From Octopus sinensis (lineage: Eukaryota): a stretch of 64,000 bases of DNA. Shown here in pieces: positions 38,682 through 52,344 of the stretch. Each line of letters begins with the position of its first letter. Position 1 is the stretch's first letter. The stretch covers positions 16,256,464-16,320,463 of the forward strand of contig NC_043011.1 in the NCBI RefSeq assembly GCF_006345805.1. Reading direction: 5' to 3'. Both the position numbers and the translations under genes were made by a program. The notes beneath the pieces are model-generated. The model made no database searches and was not told the origin of the DNA. It was given only the letters and a program-made list of their open reading frames with translations.

Positions 38682-40767
38682 CACTGGTCAACAAAATTAA
38701 ATGTAGTATACTCATTATGAACGCAAAACCAACTTCTTTAGAGTCATTTTTCACGCTGATTTCAAACTTTTACTCCATTTGTATGTAGCACGTGACAGTT
38801 TTTAAGTAAATACGAGCAAATATTCTGTATATATGAAATTATTAACGTAATAGTTACGGGGATATTAATTTTAGAAAGTAAATGAGTTTATGGTGTTAAA
38901 AATCATCACTATCATTATACAAATAGGTCAGACAAAAAAGACAATGTTAGAACAACAGAGTTAGAAAGATTGTGATTTGGATTTCCTGCTGAGTTCCTGA
39001 TCTGGTTGATCACGGTTAAGTGTCCAGCGGTAGTCAGTCAGCATACTGTCAATCAAGAAGCCTTGGTACCCTTTCTTCATTGCACAAATGTCCTGCGGAG
39101 ATCTTCCACCGTGTTCATCAGACAGTGCACCAAGTTTGTCTGCGAAGAAATCCGGATGGGAGTCCAAAAAGTGAACTTTCAGTGACATGCGACGATGCCA
39201 TCTTTGTAGTCTATTCCCTTCTTGCTGCCCAAGAAATTCTCACAGATCCAATTGAAAGCATTTTAGGCAGCCAGTTCCAGTGTTGTCTTGAAGTTGACAT
39301 TTTTGAGTACTTCTCTAATTTGGGGTCCGACAAAAATAACCTCTTTCTGCTCCGCGTATGTGATTCTGGGAAACTATTCTACAATATACTCAAACACTCT
39401 GCCATTTCTCTTCCCTAGTGTTTCATCAGTCCATGCTTTATTTGAAAAGGAGGCAATTGTATATAACATGGATCTACAAGAGGTATTTTTGACGCTAGAC
39501 ACTCTTTGCTGGTATGATGTTCTCGTTTGGCAGTTTGATTCCGAATAATGTCTCTCAGTTGCCCGACTATCCCATAGACACAAGAAACAACAGTATTTTG
39601 TGAAATCTGACTGCATTTCCGTTGATATTCCAATGAATATCTTTCATAGGCAATATCATGAAGTAAAAGTTCCATATTCTCATATGATTCACGGAGTGTG
39701 CAATAGGAATTAAGGACATCAAATTACCATTATGGAGAAGTACAGATTAAAACTTCGTTTCCAAGAGTCAATAAACAAACGCCACTCTGCAGGATCATGA
39801 TTTTGTCATAAACATTCGCAAAGTCCATCAATGTTAGTGCAAAAGTAAAGCGAGCCTTCAATAGAAAAGCACGTTTGTAGCACCACATTTTCTGCCGAAA
39901 ATAAGTTATACGAACAACGTATTCTATTAGATATTCTCCTTCAGTCTTGATTCCAACAGTTCTGCTTTATTTTTTGAGAGAAATAGGTCTCTGATGAGGT
40001 CATTCAGTTCAGCTTGGGAAAATTTTTGAGGTTCGAAGCTATCGTAATCAGCCATTTAATCTTCCACAGCAGCACTATCATGACAGTCAGCATCATGATC
40101 TAATGTTTCAGTACCATCATCTGGTGGAACTGGAATTGGCAGACTTCCATTGTGAGGCACAGGTCTCATTGCAGAATCCAAATTGGGATACACACTTTTG
40201 CGTTTATTCTTCATAGGAAATCCTGTGACATTTACATTGCAAAAATTACAGTCATTAAAATGGTCTTCGGCTCCCTCCATATCACTGGAATGACAAAAGG
40301 CATGGATCTCTTCTTCTTAGTGTACCAGTTACATAAGCCATTTGAGCCAGCTGAGCAGAGAAAATGTGATGCCCATAACTTGTCCTGATCTCCAAGAGGA
40401 CAATCAAGGTGTTGCTTATAAATCTTCTTGATCTCTTGTGTCATTGTATGTTTTTGAATTTTTTTACATTTAATTATCTACAGACATAAAAAAAACACAT
40501 CAGGACGATTTTTTCTGTTTTGACATTGTTAACACTGTAAAACAAGTAAGGAAATAGATATATAGTTAATTTTAAAGGTATGTTTCCATACACGTCATTA
40601 ATTAGAATTACTATATAATGTATGAGCTAAAAACAAAAAAACTTTCTCATCTTGAAAACTGTATGCGAAGTAAAAAAAAACAAACTAATTGTATATTTGA
40701 AATCAGCATTAAAAACTACACTAAGTACACCTTGACATGCGTGATGAAAAATACTTCTTGGCCAGTG
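38682..40767 (-). mobile_element. Complete Chapaev3-like (CMC) DNA transposon with a degenerate transposase
   Basis: Termini CACTGG(T/C)CAA(C/G)AA at both ends, 3-bp TSD TAA (38679-38681 and 40768-40770); protein pieces CPLGDQDKLWA, MPFVIPVIWREP, DCNFC, YPNLDSAMRPVPH, TKYCCFLCLWDSRA, MSLKVHFLDSH, SDEHG. Confidence 0.8.
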
Positions 40768-41489
40768 TAATCATTCATTCTATATGAAATACACATTTTA
40801 TAATATGGAATTTTGACAGATACCTCACCTTGCACACTTTCTTGATACGAGTAGTCTGGCTTACGTATCGCTAACAATCATAGTTTTGACTGCGTTAATT
40901 ATATATCGTATCTCTCTTGCGTTAGGGTCATACAAAGCGGTTCAGTTCAATTATCTCTTACTATGGACTGTCAATAAATGCCTTCACCAGTTTCACAAAT
41001 ATTCAGGTTTACTTAATTCCATCTAAATTGAGTACATCCAGCATTGTTTATAGGAATGATTTTTCATTGATATTGCCGGCAATATCAGTTACTATGAAAC
41101 CATGAAGAGGAAGCTGAAATTGACAAATACAAGCTTCGTCGATTGACATGCTAGAAGCATGCAATCGATTCACTGAATAGTGTAGTGGGGAGAACAGCGG
41201 AATAAATTTGGCTGGAATGCTTTTAAGTATATTTCCTCTTGGTCAAGGCTGGCCACTCAGGGTTTAACAGCAACAAGAACAACCATTCCTATATGAAGTA
41301 AGATGGGTATAATTAAAATAATAAATTCCTTGGTTTAATTTCATCCACATAATCATACACACAAACATAGACACATGGACGTACATACTATAAACGACGG
41401 AAAACAGTAATAGGACAAATGAAGTTGGTTTTAGTTTCTAGTTAGAGCGGGATCCATGCGGTCCTAGTAAGGCCCATAAAAGATTTTGT

Positions 41490-43095
41490 TAAAATCTATG
41501 TCCAACGACCACTCACACGATCCTGACGATGTCCTCCAAAACACTCCACAGCTACCGTTCCGTCATTGGATGTCCCTGCTGACTTCACGCCAGGAGTTCA
41601 ATAACGCACTTGCGCGCATGAAGCCGGAGGAAGCTTCAGGACCAGACAACATCCCGTTTGAGTTTTATGCACCCGGAGGTCCGGAGCTGAGAAATCATAT
41701 GATGCTCCTTATCCTCAAGATCTAGGAAAGCAAGAACCCCACGAACGACTTCCGCCATGCAACTATCATCACAAGAAAGGAGACCGAGAAGTTTGATTGC
41801 AACAATTATCCGGGCATCTAACTCTTGAGTATTGCAAGTAAGATCTTCGCCCGTATCCTTCTCAATCGCCTCATCCTCGCGAAGACGTCCATCCTGAGTC
41901 CCAGTGTGGCTTTCGCCCTTCTCTACGCAATCGACATGATCTTTTGTACCCTTCAACTTCAGGAGAAGAGTCAGGAACAACAACGGCCTGCAATGTTCAT
42001 CTGGGATCTAAAGAAAGCTTTTGACGCGGTCGCCCGTCCTGCAATATAGGCCTTCCTTGCCGGTTTGGTTGTCCGGAAGACTTCATTGCTCTGGTTCTCT
42101 CCTTCTACGACGGCATGGTGGGTAGGGTATGCCATCAAAATGCCCTCGAAAACCAGTTTCCCATCACTGGGGGCCTTAAGCAAAGATGTGACCTGGAACC
42201 AACCTGTTTCTCTTTGTACATAGCCGCCATGTTCAATGAAATCACACTAGACTCACCTTCCATCAACATGCGCTATCACTTGAATGGTGGACTGTTCAAT
42301 CTCGCACTTCACATAACTTGGAAGTACCCTTTCGAAGACACCAACGTGAACAGGATGTGGAGAACCGGATTTGGGCGGCCTACTGCGCCTTTGGAAGACT
42401 CAGCTATTGTATATTGTTCAATCAGGCGTTGACCTTCCGGACAAAGATCATAGTCTTCCGTCCTATAGTCCTATCAACTCTACTCTACGCTTGTGAGACT
42501 TAGACGCTGTACCATCGTGACTTCAAGCTTCCAGCGATCAAAGCTACGACAGATCATCAACATACAATGGGTGGATCACAGTACCAACAATGAGGTTCTT
42601 CGCCGTGTTTCATTACTAATCACTTCGCCGTGCCTCACTGTCATTCTTCGCCATCATCACCGCTGGGAAGATCAGAACCAGCGTATAGAGCCCTCTTGTC
42701 TCACAAGAATCATGATCTACGGGGAACTTGCAATCGGAACAAGACCCAGAGGAGGTCCCAAATTCCGTTTTAAAGACCAGCTTCAACGGACCATGGCTCA
42801 GGCTACCATCCAGCCATCCTCATAAGAAGAGATTGGCATTGATAGGACAGCCTGGAGGGCTGCTATCCGCAATGGAGTCAGCTGCTTCGACCAGTACAGA
42901 TAACAGAATGAGGATGCAAAACGCAGAAGAAAGGAGCGTCTTCAACATCCCCGACCTGCACCCACCATCTGGTGCGAGATCTGCCCACGACTCATTCACC
43001 ACCGACTTGGACTCCAAAGTCAATTTCAGCACAAACATCAGCTGAGGAGACGTGACAGAAATTGACGAATGCTCGGATACGAGCTGCAGCCGACG
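41490..43095 (+). mobile_element. RTE-clade LINE, 5'-truncated and degenerate
   Basis: ASGPDNIP, ASKIFARILLNRL, DMIFC..QLQEKSQEQ, DLKKAFD, GLKQRCDLEP, STLLYACET, NNEVLRR, IMIYGEL..GTRPRGGPKFRFKDQL; 3' end gctcggatacgagctgcagccgacgat. Confidence 0.9.
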
Positions 43096-43098
43096 ATA

Positions 43099-43424
<326 letters not shown>

Positions 43425-43446
43425 CGTTATTTAATTCTTTAATTTT

Positions 43447-43875
<429 letters not shown>

Positions 43876-44764
43876 TGCTTGTATGTATGTGTGTTTTTAT
43901 TGAATGCTTTATAGTCATCGAAGTAAGACTTGCTAGTTTGTGTATGAATTTGTTGAATGCTAGAATTAATTTTATGTTGGAGTTATGGCCTCCAACTATA
44001 TCAGTTTACTTTATATATTTTACTGTCATATATTGAATCCTTACACACTTCACTTTTAGTGTATTCCTTTAGGAATTTTATACAATTAGATAATTCACAC
44101 CTATACTCACGTCATGTCACACACACACACATACTCGCTCGCACACACACATATATATATATATATAACTACATATATATACATACGTACATACACACAC
44201 ATGCACACATGCATATATATTTATGCATACAAGTATGTATATTTATGCATACATGTATGTATACCTGCACACACAAAAACACACATATATATATATATAT
44301 GTATATAGGTTGAGATTCATAGAGAGAGCGAGCGAGAGCTATTTGGGAGCTTTAAGTAAACTATTTGAGCAAAGGGAAGACAAGTGTAAATAATAATAGA
44401 TTTTTATTAATTAGTAAAACAGCACTTGATGGCAACACGTATTTCATCGATTTTCGCAGGAATGGCTACGCACTTGATAGGCCACATGAGTTATCTTTAA
44501 TCGTTCCGGTGGTGGATAGCTGGAGTGTGGAACTAAGATTTTAATGCGTGTCAAATTGCCGAAATGATGAAATTTTAGAGATCAATACATCTTTGAATCA
44601 AGGAACGTTATTAATTATGCATAAAGCCCCAGTACTAATTGTCCGTTGTGCTTAATTATAAGGCAGGAAAAAAAATTTGTGTCAGGAAACGGTGATAGTT
44701 CTCCATTTCTCAGAAAATTTTTATTTTTTTAAATTACTTTTATTTATTAATTTCTTATTTAATG

Positions 44765-45250
44765 TGGTGAGATGGCAGAATCGTTAGCACGACGAGCAAA
44801 ATACTAGAAGCCTTTTCATCCGTCCTTACGCTCTGGGTTGAAATTCAGCCGATGCCGACTTGCCTTATATCGTTTTGGGGTCGATAAAATAAGTATCAAT
44901 TGAACCCCAGTATTGATGTAAACTACATACCCTGCTTCTTTGAATTTACTGGCCTTGTAACAAAATTTGAAATCATAATTTCTTATTACTGAAGATAATC
45001 AAGGCTCGTGACTAAGTGGTTATAATAGTCGATTCAAGATATTCTGTTCGATACCTTGAGCAAAACGCTTTAGTTCACATTGCTCCAATCCGTTCAGCTG
45101 GCAAAAATGAGTAGTACCTGTATTTCAAAGGGACAGCCTTGTAACATGTTGTATCAGGCTGAATCTTACTGAGAACTACGTTAGGGCAGGAGTGTCTGTA
45201 GAGTACTCATCTATATGCACGTTAATTTCACGAGCACGCTGTTTTGTTGA
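44765..45250 (+). mobile_element. Adjacent degenerate SINE A (44765-44985) and SINE C (45002-45250)
   Basis: tggcagaatcgttagcac..ggggtcgataaaataagta; ccttgagcaaaac..cagctggcaaaaatgagtagtacctgtatttcaaaggg. Confidence 0.7.
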
Positions 45251-45784
45251 GTAAATGAACTGGTGTCCACCCTGTTGCATCCAACGGAGCGCCAGTGTGT
45301 ATTTTTTTTAATCACTGAAATTTAATCGAGAATGTGTGAGCAACGAAAAAATATGTAGCACTTGTTCTGTATATTTTTTATTCTGAGTCCAAATCTTGCC
45401 GAGGTCAAGTTTGCTGTTCATTACACAGGGATTGATGGTCCAAAATAAAAGCCATGGGGGTTGATAGTATCACTTAACCAACTTTCCTCAAAACTGTTTG
45501 TCTTGTTCCTAAAACAGATCCGATTATTTCTATTTCAAATTCGTATTAAGGTTCTACGTAAATTGCAATTTATTTCTTCTCAACTGCATGTGACATGGAA
45601 AATATATACATATAAACTGAACAATAAAAGAAACGTTGCACACATACTAAATAGAAACCGGTTCATTAACAAACTGTCATAGCATTGATTGAAGAGTGCT
45701 AATTAAGAAAACGTTATTTCCTAATGATAAAACGTCATTTCCTGAAAGGTGTCATGTGATGACGGAAGAGATGACGTCACCATT

Positions 45785-46100
45785 TCTTGTGACCACCGTT
45801 AGCATTGACTACCACCTGGCATCTTCTGGACATTGAATGCACCAAATGATTGATAAAGGCTATGGGGATAGCAGCCCATACTCTGTTAAAACTTGCAGTG
45901 AGTTGTGCTGTAGTTGTCGGCCTTGTATGGATGTCATTTAGCCTTCTTTGGATTTTGTCCTACAGGTGCTCTATGGGGTTTAACTCCTGACTTAGGACAG
46001 GCCATTGCAGTGTCTGGATGTTGTGCTGTTGGAGGAGGTCTGTTGTTAACCCTGCACTATAGGCACTGATTTCGTGTCAGTCTTGGCATGCTTGCTGCGT
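45785..46100 (-). mobile_element. Tc1 transposase C-terminal remnant
   Basis: Minus frame QHNIQTLQWPVLSQELNPIEHL*DKIQRRL..VWAAIPIAFINHLVHSMSRRCQVVVNANGGH. Confidence 0.85.
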
Positions 46101-46694
46101 TCGGGAAACGAAAGGCAGAATGGAAAATTTGGGTGCCTTTTATACCCAATAAATCAACGTTTTGCATGTGCCTCATGCTATTCCTAAAGATGCCGTTCGC
46201 GAGCATTACCATGTTTACGAAAAGTGAGCAAGTTCGAACCCTACATGCAATCCTTGTGTTTTCAAAAGAGTGTGGTGTTGTGGGTCAGTGACCTAGAAAT
46301 GTGATAAAATCCATATAATCTCAATATCGTGTGTGAAACAAATAATCTTTTGCAGTGGGACGTTTCTTTTGTAGTTCAGTATATTTAAATATTGTATACA
46401 CACACGCACGCGCACGCACAAAAACATACACACATATATAGATAAATCTTGTATATACACACATACAAACGTATGTATGTGTGCGCCTGCGTGTGTTGTC
46501 TCAACTCACAAGCAACACGCACGTACATCTTTATGTGTTTAAGCGAATATTCTCTGAGAATGATATACATCTAAGTAACTTTGTTGAGATTATGACCAAA
46601 AACTAAATGTATCTAATCAACGAATGAGATAATATATATTTATATATAAAACAAACATGTATCTGTGTGCCTGTATGTGTAATACGCATGCCTT

Positions 46695-46795
46695 TTTAAG
46701 TCGACCTCGGCGGAATTTGAACTCAGAACGTAACGGCAGATGAAATACGGCTACTCGTTTCGCACGGCGTGCTAACGTTCCTGCCAGTTCGCCGT
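46695..46795 (-). mobile_element. SINE family A, 5' fragment
   Basis: aagtcgacctcggcggaatttgaactcagaacgtaacggcagatgaaatac..cggcgtgctaacgttcctgccag. Confidence 0.8.
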
Positions 46796-48010
46796 ATTAT
46801 TTTGAGATTAATATTAGGAGATTTATGCGCAAATTCCCGTTTCTTCTTAAAAATGTGTTCTAAAAGCCATTTTAAATCAGTGTGAATGCATTTTGCCAAA
46901 GTCTCTATAAGATGAGGAAACTGTATAACGTAATATTAGTAGCATACTTAGTAATAAATCTATAAGGGTCTCTGAAATGCCATGGTCGATATTTTACGAT
47001 TGTAAAAGTGAATTGACATTTGCGATCGTGTAGAGAAACTGTACAGATTTAGTTAGCATTACACATTAAATCTTGTCCTTAGAATCAAGTTTTACTTGCA
47101 GCATATAACATCCTTACATTAATAACATAATTGCATGAGAAACTATAATTCAAAATGCATTTTTATTTCTTAAATAAAAAGCAAATGAATGAAACATAAA
47201 TAACTAATCGAAAATCATACATAAAATGCCATTTAGTTGTTTTGATAGAAGATATATTGCTAATATTATGTTCAGCTAATTACTTTAAATTTACTAAGTA
47301 GTAAAATTCCCGATGGCTATGAATAACGTGGGTGTTCCGTCCTTTCTCTACTTTCTTCAAAATTTTTGTTTTGAGAATCAAAATTTATAGTATTTTATTA
47401 CCGGTGTTATATCATTACAGTTAACGACTACATTAGTAGCTGGGTGCATAGAAGTATGTATAAAATAGACGAATGAGGTTTCCACCCACATTCATTTACG
47501 AAACCATTAGCTTTCAATAAGACCATGGTTAAGGTTTTTGAATGGTTTATATACATCATTAACAGCAGATCTGTTACGAGTTGTTGAAAAATCCAGACGT
47601 CTTTCATGGCAACTCGTAATCTGCTCGAAACACTCAACTTGAATATTCACAAAAGATGGCAGCTTCGGTCAATGAGGACTAATGAGTTAACGATTAGTAT
47701 GCATTTATGAAGGACTCTAAGTTCCTTAGTATTTTCTCCATCAGTAGAGTTAAAATATTGGTCTGTGAATGGAGTCTTCACTCTTTTACTATTTTACTCG
47801 TTTTATTAATTTGATGGTGGCCATGCTGGAGCATCGCCTTTAGTCGAGCAAATCGACCCCAGGACTCATTCTTTGTAAGCATAGTACTTATTCTATCGCT
47901 CTCTTTTGCCGAACCCCTTAGTTACGGGGACGTAAACACACCAACATCGGTTGTTAAGCGATGTTAGGGGGACAATCACAGACACACAAACATATAAACA
48001 CATATATACG

Positions 48011-48078
<68 letters not shown>

Positions 48079-48081
48079 ATA

Positions 48082-48860
48082 TATACATAAAAGTAAATAA
48101 ATGGTACAACGAGGCTCCGGTATTTACTGGAAAATAGCGAACGTAATAAATACGACGCTAATGTATAGCTTCACTGCATATGTACTAGTAAAGATGCGTG
48201 TGTGCAACAAACATGAAAAAAATTGTCTTACCACTAGGAAAAACATCTGAAAAATGAAAAACCTAGATAACGGATAATGCAGTACCGGTTTCGGATTTTT
48301 CAAAATACGAATGCCAAACGTATATTTGATTTATCCTCATCAGCTGCATAAACCTCAACAATATTTCAAATGTTGCCACATCTATGCCAGTACACTCGTC
48401 TGAACGCCAACACGTTAACAGAGCGAGAACAGTGAAGAAGTTTCAATGAAAATAGTAATGCAATACGAGAGTATTGCCTTCCAGTAAAGAATAGCCCGTG
48501 AGGGTAAAATTATACATAAAAGTAAACAAATGGTACAACGAAGCACGGGTATTTACTGGAAAATAGCGAACGTGATAAATACGACGCTAATGTATAGCTT
48601 CACTGCGTATGTACTAGTAAAGATGCGTGTGTGCAACAAACATGAAAAAAATTGTCTTACCTCTAGGAAAAACATCTGAAAAATGAAAAAGCTAGTACAT
48701 ACGCAGTGAAGCTATACATTAGCGTCGTATTTATTACGTTCGCTATTTTCCAGTAAATACCGGTGCTTCGTTGTACCATTTATTTACTTTTATGTATAAT
48801 TTTACCCTCACGGGCTATTCTTTACTGCAAAGCAATGCTCTCGTATTGCATTACTATTTT
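48082..48860 (-). mobile_element. Retrozyme/Penelope-pLTR-like element: 429-bp unit present 1.4 times plus an inverted segment
   Basis: Direct repeats 48082-48266 and 48511-48695; inverted arms 48449-48617 and 48692-48860; hammerhead in the unique part. Confidence 0.75.
48277..48349 (-). ncRNA. Minimal type I hammerhead ribozyme with an intact core
   Basis: ATGCAG CTGATGA GGAT [hairpin tcaaatatacg/cgtattttga] ATCC GAAA CCGG TA CTGCAT: 6-bp stem I, G10.1-C11.1 pair, palindromic ACCGGT, GUA cleavage triplet. Confidence 0.85.
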
Positions 48861-48867
48861 GATATAC

Positions 48868-48906
<39 letters not shown>

Positions 48907-49322
48907 CGATAGGCTTCTTTCAGTTTCCGTCTACCAAATCCACTCACAAGACTTTGGTTGGCCCGAGGCTATACTAGAAGACACTTGCCCAAGGTGCCAC
49001 GCAGTGGGATTGAACCCGGAACCATGTGGTTCGTAAGCAAGTTACTTACTACACAGCCACTCCTATGCCCATCATGAGAAAAAATAGTCAAAAGTATAAG
49101 AGAACAAATTGATGACGCCAAGACAGAAGTTGCCTTTGACGCTGAAGATATTGGTGATAGTTTTCGAATGAGACTTTAACACCTGCTTTGACCTGAAAAG
49201 TAAAAACCGATTATTTTGCATGCTATAGTCGTGACCAACTTCTCTTATTTTTTTCTTTTACTGAATATGATTAGGACTTCATAAACAATAAATGGTTGAG
49301 CCTGTGCGGCGCATGTGCGTAA

Positions 49323-49551
49323 GGCGGCGAGCTGGCAGAAACGTTAGCACGCCGGGCGAGATGCTTAGCGGTATTTCCTCTGCCGTTACGTTGTGAATTC
49401 AAATTACGCCAGGGTCGACTTTGCCTTTCATTCTTTCGGGGTCGATAAAATAAGTGCCAGTTACGCACTGGGTCGATGTAAACGACTCAGTTCCTTTGTC
49501 TGTCCTTCTTTGTCCCCTCTGTGTTTAGCTCCTTGTGGCCAATAAAGAATA
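49323..49551 (+). mobile_element. SINE family A, full length
   Basis: ggcggcgagctggcagaaacgttagcacgccgggcg head through ctccttgtggccaataaagaa tail. Confidence 0.88.
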
Positions 49552-49754
49552 AAATGTGCGTAATTGGAGGAGGATTTTTGAGTCCTTTAGATTTTTGAGT
49601 TAGCTGTATGGAGCAGACACGTAGATACTGTCTAAATGGCATTTAGATCCCGTCTAAAGCGAATAAATGGTGATTTTCATATTAATTTTGGTCATTTGGA
49701 TTATATTCATATGAAGTTGACTTTGCAGTCGATGTTCGTGATAATAATGATGGT

Positions 49755-49960
49755 GGTGGAGGAGAAGAAGAAGAAGAAGAAGAAGAGAAGAATAAAAAGG
49801 AAGTAGAAGAGTAGAAAAAGAAGAAAAAGAAGAAGAAAAAGAAGAAGAATAAGAAGAAGAAAAAGAAGAAGAAGAAGAAGAAGAAGAAGAAAAAGAAGAA
49901 GAAAAAGAAGAAGAATAAGAAGAAGAAAAAGAAGAAGAAGAAGAATAAGAATAAGAAGAA

Positions 49961-49991
<31 letters not shown>

Positions 49992-50032
49992 AAGAAGAAG
50001 AGAAGAAGAAGAAGAAGAAAAAGAAGAAGAAT
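49755..50032. repeat. Imperfect (GAA)n polypurine tract
   Basis: Read directly from the sequence. Confidence 0.95.
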
Positions 50033-50368
50033 TGTTTAGGTTTTGATAGCTTGTAAAGGATCAACTGTACTATTCTTGCAATAGATGGTGTGGCACAAAA
50101 TTATTGCGAGGGTAACATCGGGGTTCCGTCATTTCACTTCATCAATATCTACCACACAAATGACAAGAAATAACACAAGATCTTCATGTAATACCGCCCC
50201 CTTCCGTAGCAGGTAGGAAAGGGGGTGTTTAGTAATATCACAGTATATATATTATGCCTCGATAAACGACGCGATGGTCACCAAATTATTTTCTGTGATA
50301 TGATGTTTGGCATATTGTGGCGAATATAGTGTGACAATAAGATCATAACAAGAACAGCAATAGCAAAG

Positions 50369-50560
50369 GAGGCGCGATGGCCCAGTGGTTAGGGCAGCGG
50401 ACTCGCGGTCGGAGGATCGCGGCTTCGATTCCCAGACCGGGTGTTGTGTGTGTATTGAGCGAGGCTCAATACGAGGCTCCGGCAGGGGGTAGTGGCGACC
50501 CCTGTTGTACTCTTTCGCCCCAACTTTCTCTCACTCTTTCTTCCTGTTTCTTGCTCTCGG
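50369..50560 (+). mobile_element. tRNA-headed SINE, family D
   Basis: ggcgcgatggcccagtggttagggcagcggactcgcggtcggaggatcgcggcttcgattccc (A and B boxes), followed by a non-tRNA body. Confidence 0.7.
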
Positions 50561-52263
50561 TGTCGGGGGTTGACCTGCTCTCTCTTCTGCGGGTCTTAGG
50601 AATAGCAAAGGACCACGTTTCGTACTTGTCCCATCTTGCGTATATATATATATGTGTATGTGTGTGTATTCGTGTATTGCGTATGTGTGAGAGAGAAAGA
50701 GAGAGAGTGAAATAAAAGAATGAGGGACAGATCATTATGCAAAATTGTCAGACGGTACGTGTTACTGTCTACAGAAATGCAGATATGTTAATAAACGCAG
50801 GATAATTTTCACTAATACGAGGAAAATTACTGGAGCTTTGTGCTCTCTAGCAAGAATAAATATGTCAATGAGTCGATATACCAAGCTATCTGCATGCGTG
50901 CATGTAATTTTGACTTATTACTGATACTACAAAGAACTTCGCTAATTTCGTTTTGTTTCCCAAACGTAATTGGTGAGCCTTTTATCAATTAACTCCGCTC
51001 ATTCTAGTTGGACTCCTCCTATTTCAACATGTTAACATAATACACTTACTGCTATTAGTTGCTTCACTATTGTACGTGGCTTTAGAAGAAATTTGATTAA
51101 ATTTGTTGCGTGATGGTTATAATATACACAGTTAATTATATTTTGCAAGTAATTCAGTTCCAGTAATTTGCATAGAATAATTCATGTTATTGCTTGCAAT
51201 AGCTAATTCAACCATCGATCATATATAAATGATGCCTTTTAAAATTCTGTTAAATTGTGTATTTACAAAATCTCTAAATTAAAGAACATATTTGCATTAT
51301 TAATGGAGTGGTATAAGTATGAATGAAGAGAATCAAAGAAAAGAATGCACAGAATGGAATTGCTACCGGTATTTTAAAACAGGTAAGTGTGAACAAAAAA
51401 CTACCGATACAAAAATGAGTGAAAATCATTTGCATGAAGTGATTAGGTGGCGATAGATTGTACAGGATCCACACCAGCTACTATTCTAGGAGTAGATGCT
51501 GTGGCACAAAATAATTGTGACATCTGGGGCTCGTTGCTTTGTACTGCATGATTCTCTGTCAACTGGAACCAATTTGATAAAGTGCACGAACACTTCATCC
51601 AACACATTCATCGAAAAAGCTTTCACAAGGCAATACTGAGAAAAGTTTTAATTTTTAAGGAATATAATCTCTATGGGCCAACCCAGTCATTTGTAGTATT
51701 CACTCTGAGTGCGAGTTTCACTCCAGCTTGATAATAATACTAAATTAGACGTAAAGTACGCAGAGGGAAACTATGACTCATCGGTTTTTAAGTGCGAATA
51801 CTACCGAAAAATAATATAGAAAAATGTCGATAATATATCTAGCAATCCCAACGAGGGAGATAATAAATAGCAATTATAAATCTCATGAAACGTGTTTAAA
51901 CCGAAAGGCATTCATAAGTGCAAGTCCATCAAGCTCACAAAAGATGGCATATATATTTTCCAGCCCACACAGTAAGCAACATTAACGAGTTGTGAACTCT
52001 GAATCCCCTAAGGAGAAAAGCTAAGTTTCTCCAAAATCATACATCAAATATTGATTGCGTATTGCAGCCGTTGTGCGATGGTGTATATAAACAGAAATGT
52101 TAATGTAATTCATCGAACTTTTATCAGCGAAGGTTTCACGTAAAGTTATAGCCCTCTGTACACAAGACTAACTATCAACGAATTATGTTCCGCATGTGTG
52201 AGTATTTACACACACACACACACACACGCACACACACACACACACATATATATATAAATATTA

Positions 52264-52307
<44 letters not shown>

Positions 52308-52344
52308 ATATATATATGTGTATATATCTCTCTCTATATATATA

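Larger units (their letters stand above)
47795..49070 (-). mobile_element. SINE family B split by an insertion into its central microsatellite
   Basis: 3' half at 47795-47990 and 5' half at 48905-49070; the hammerhead element 48082-48860 lies between them. Confidence 0.8.
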
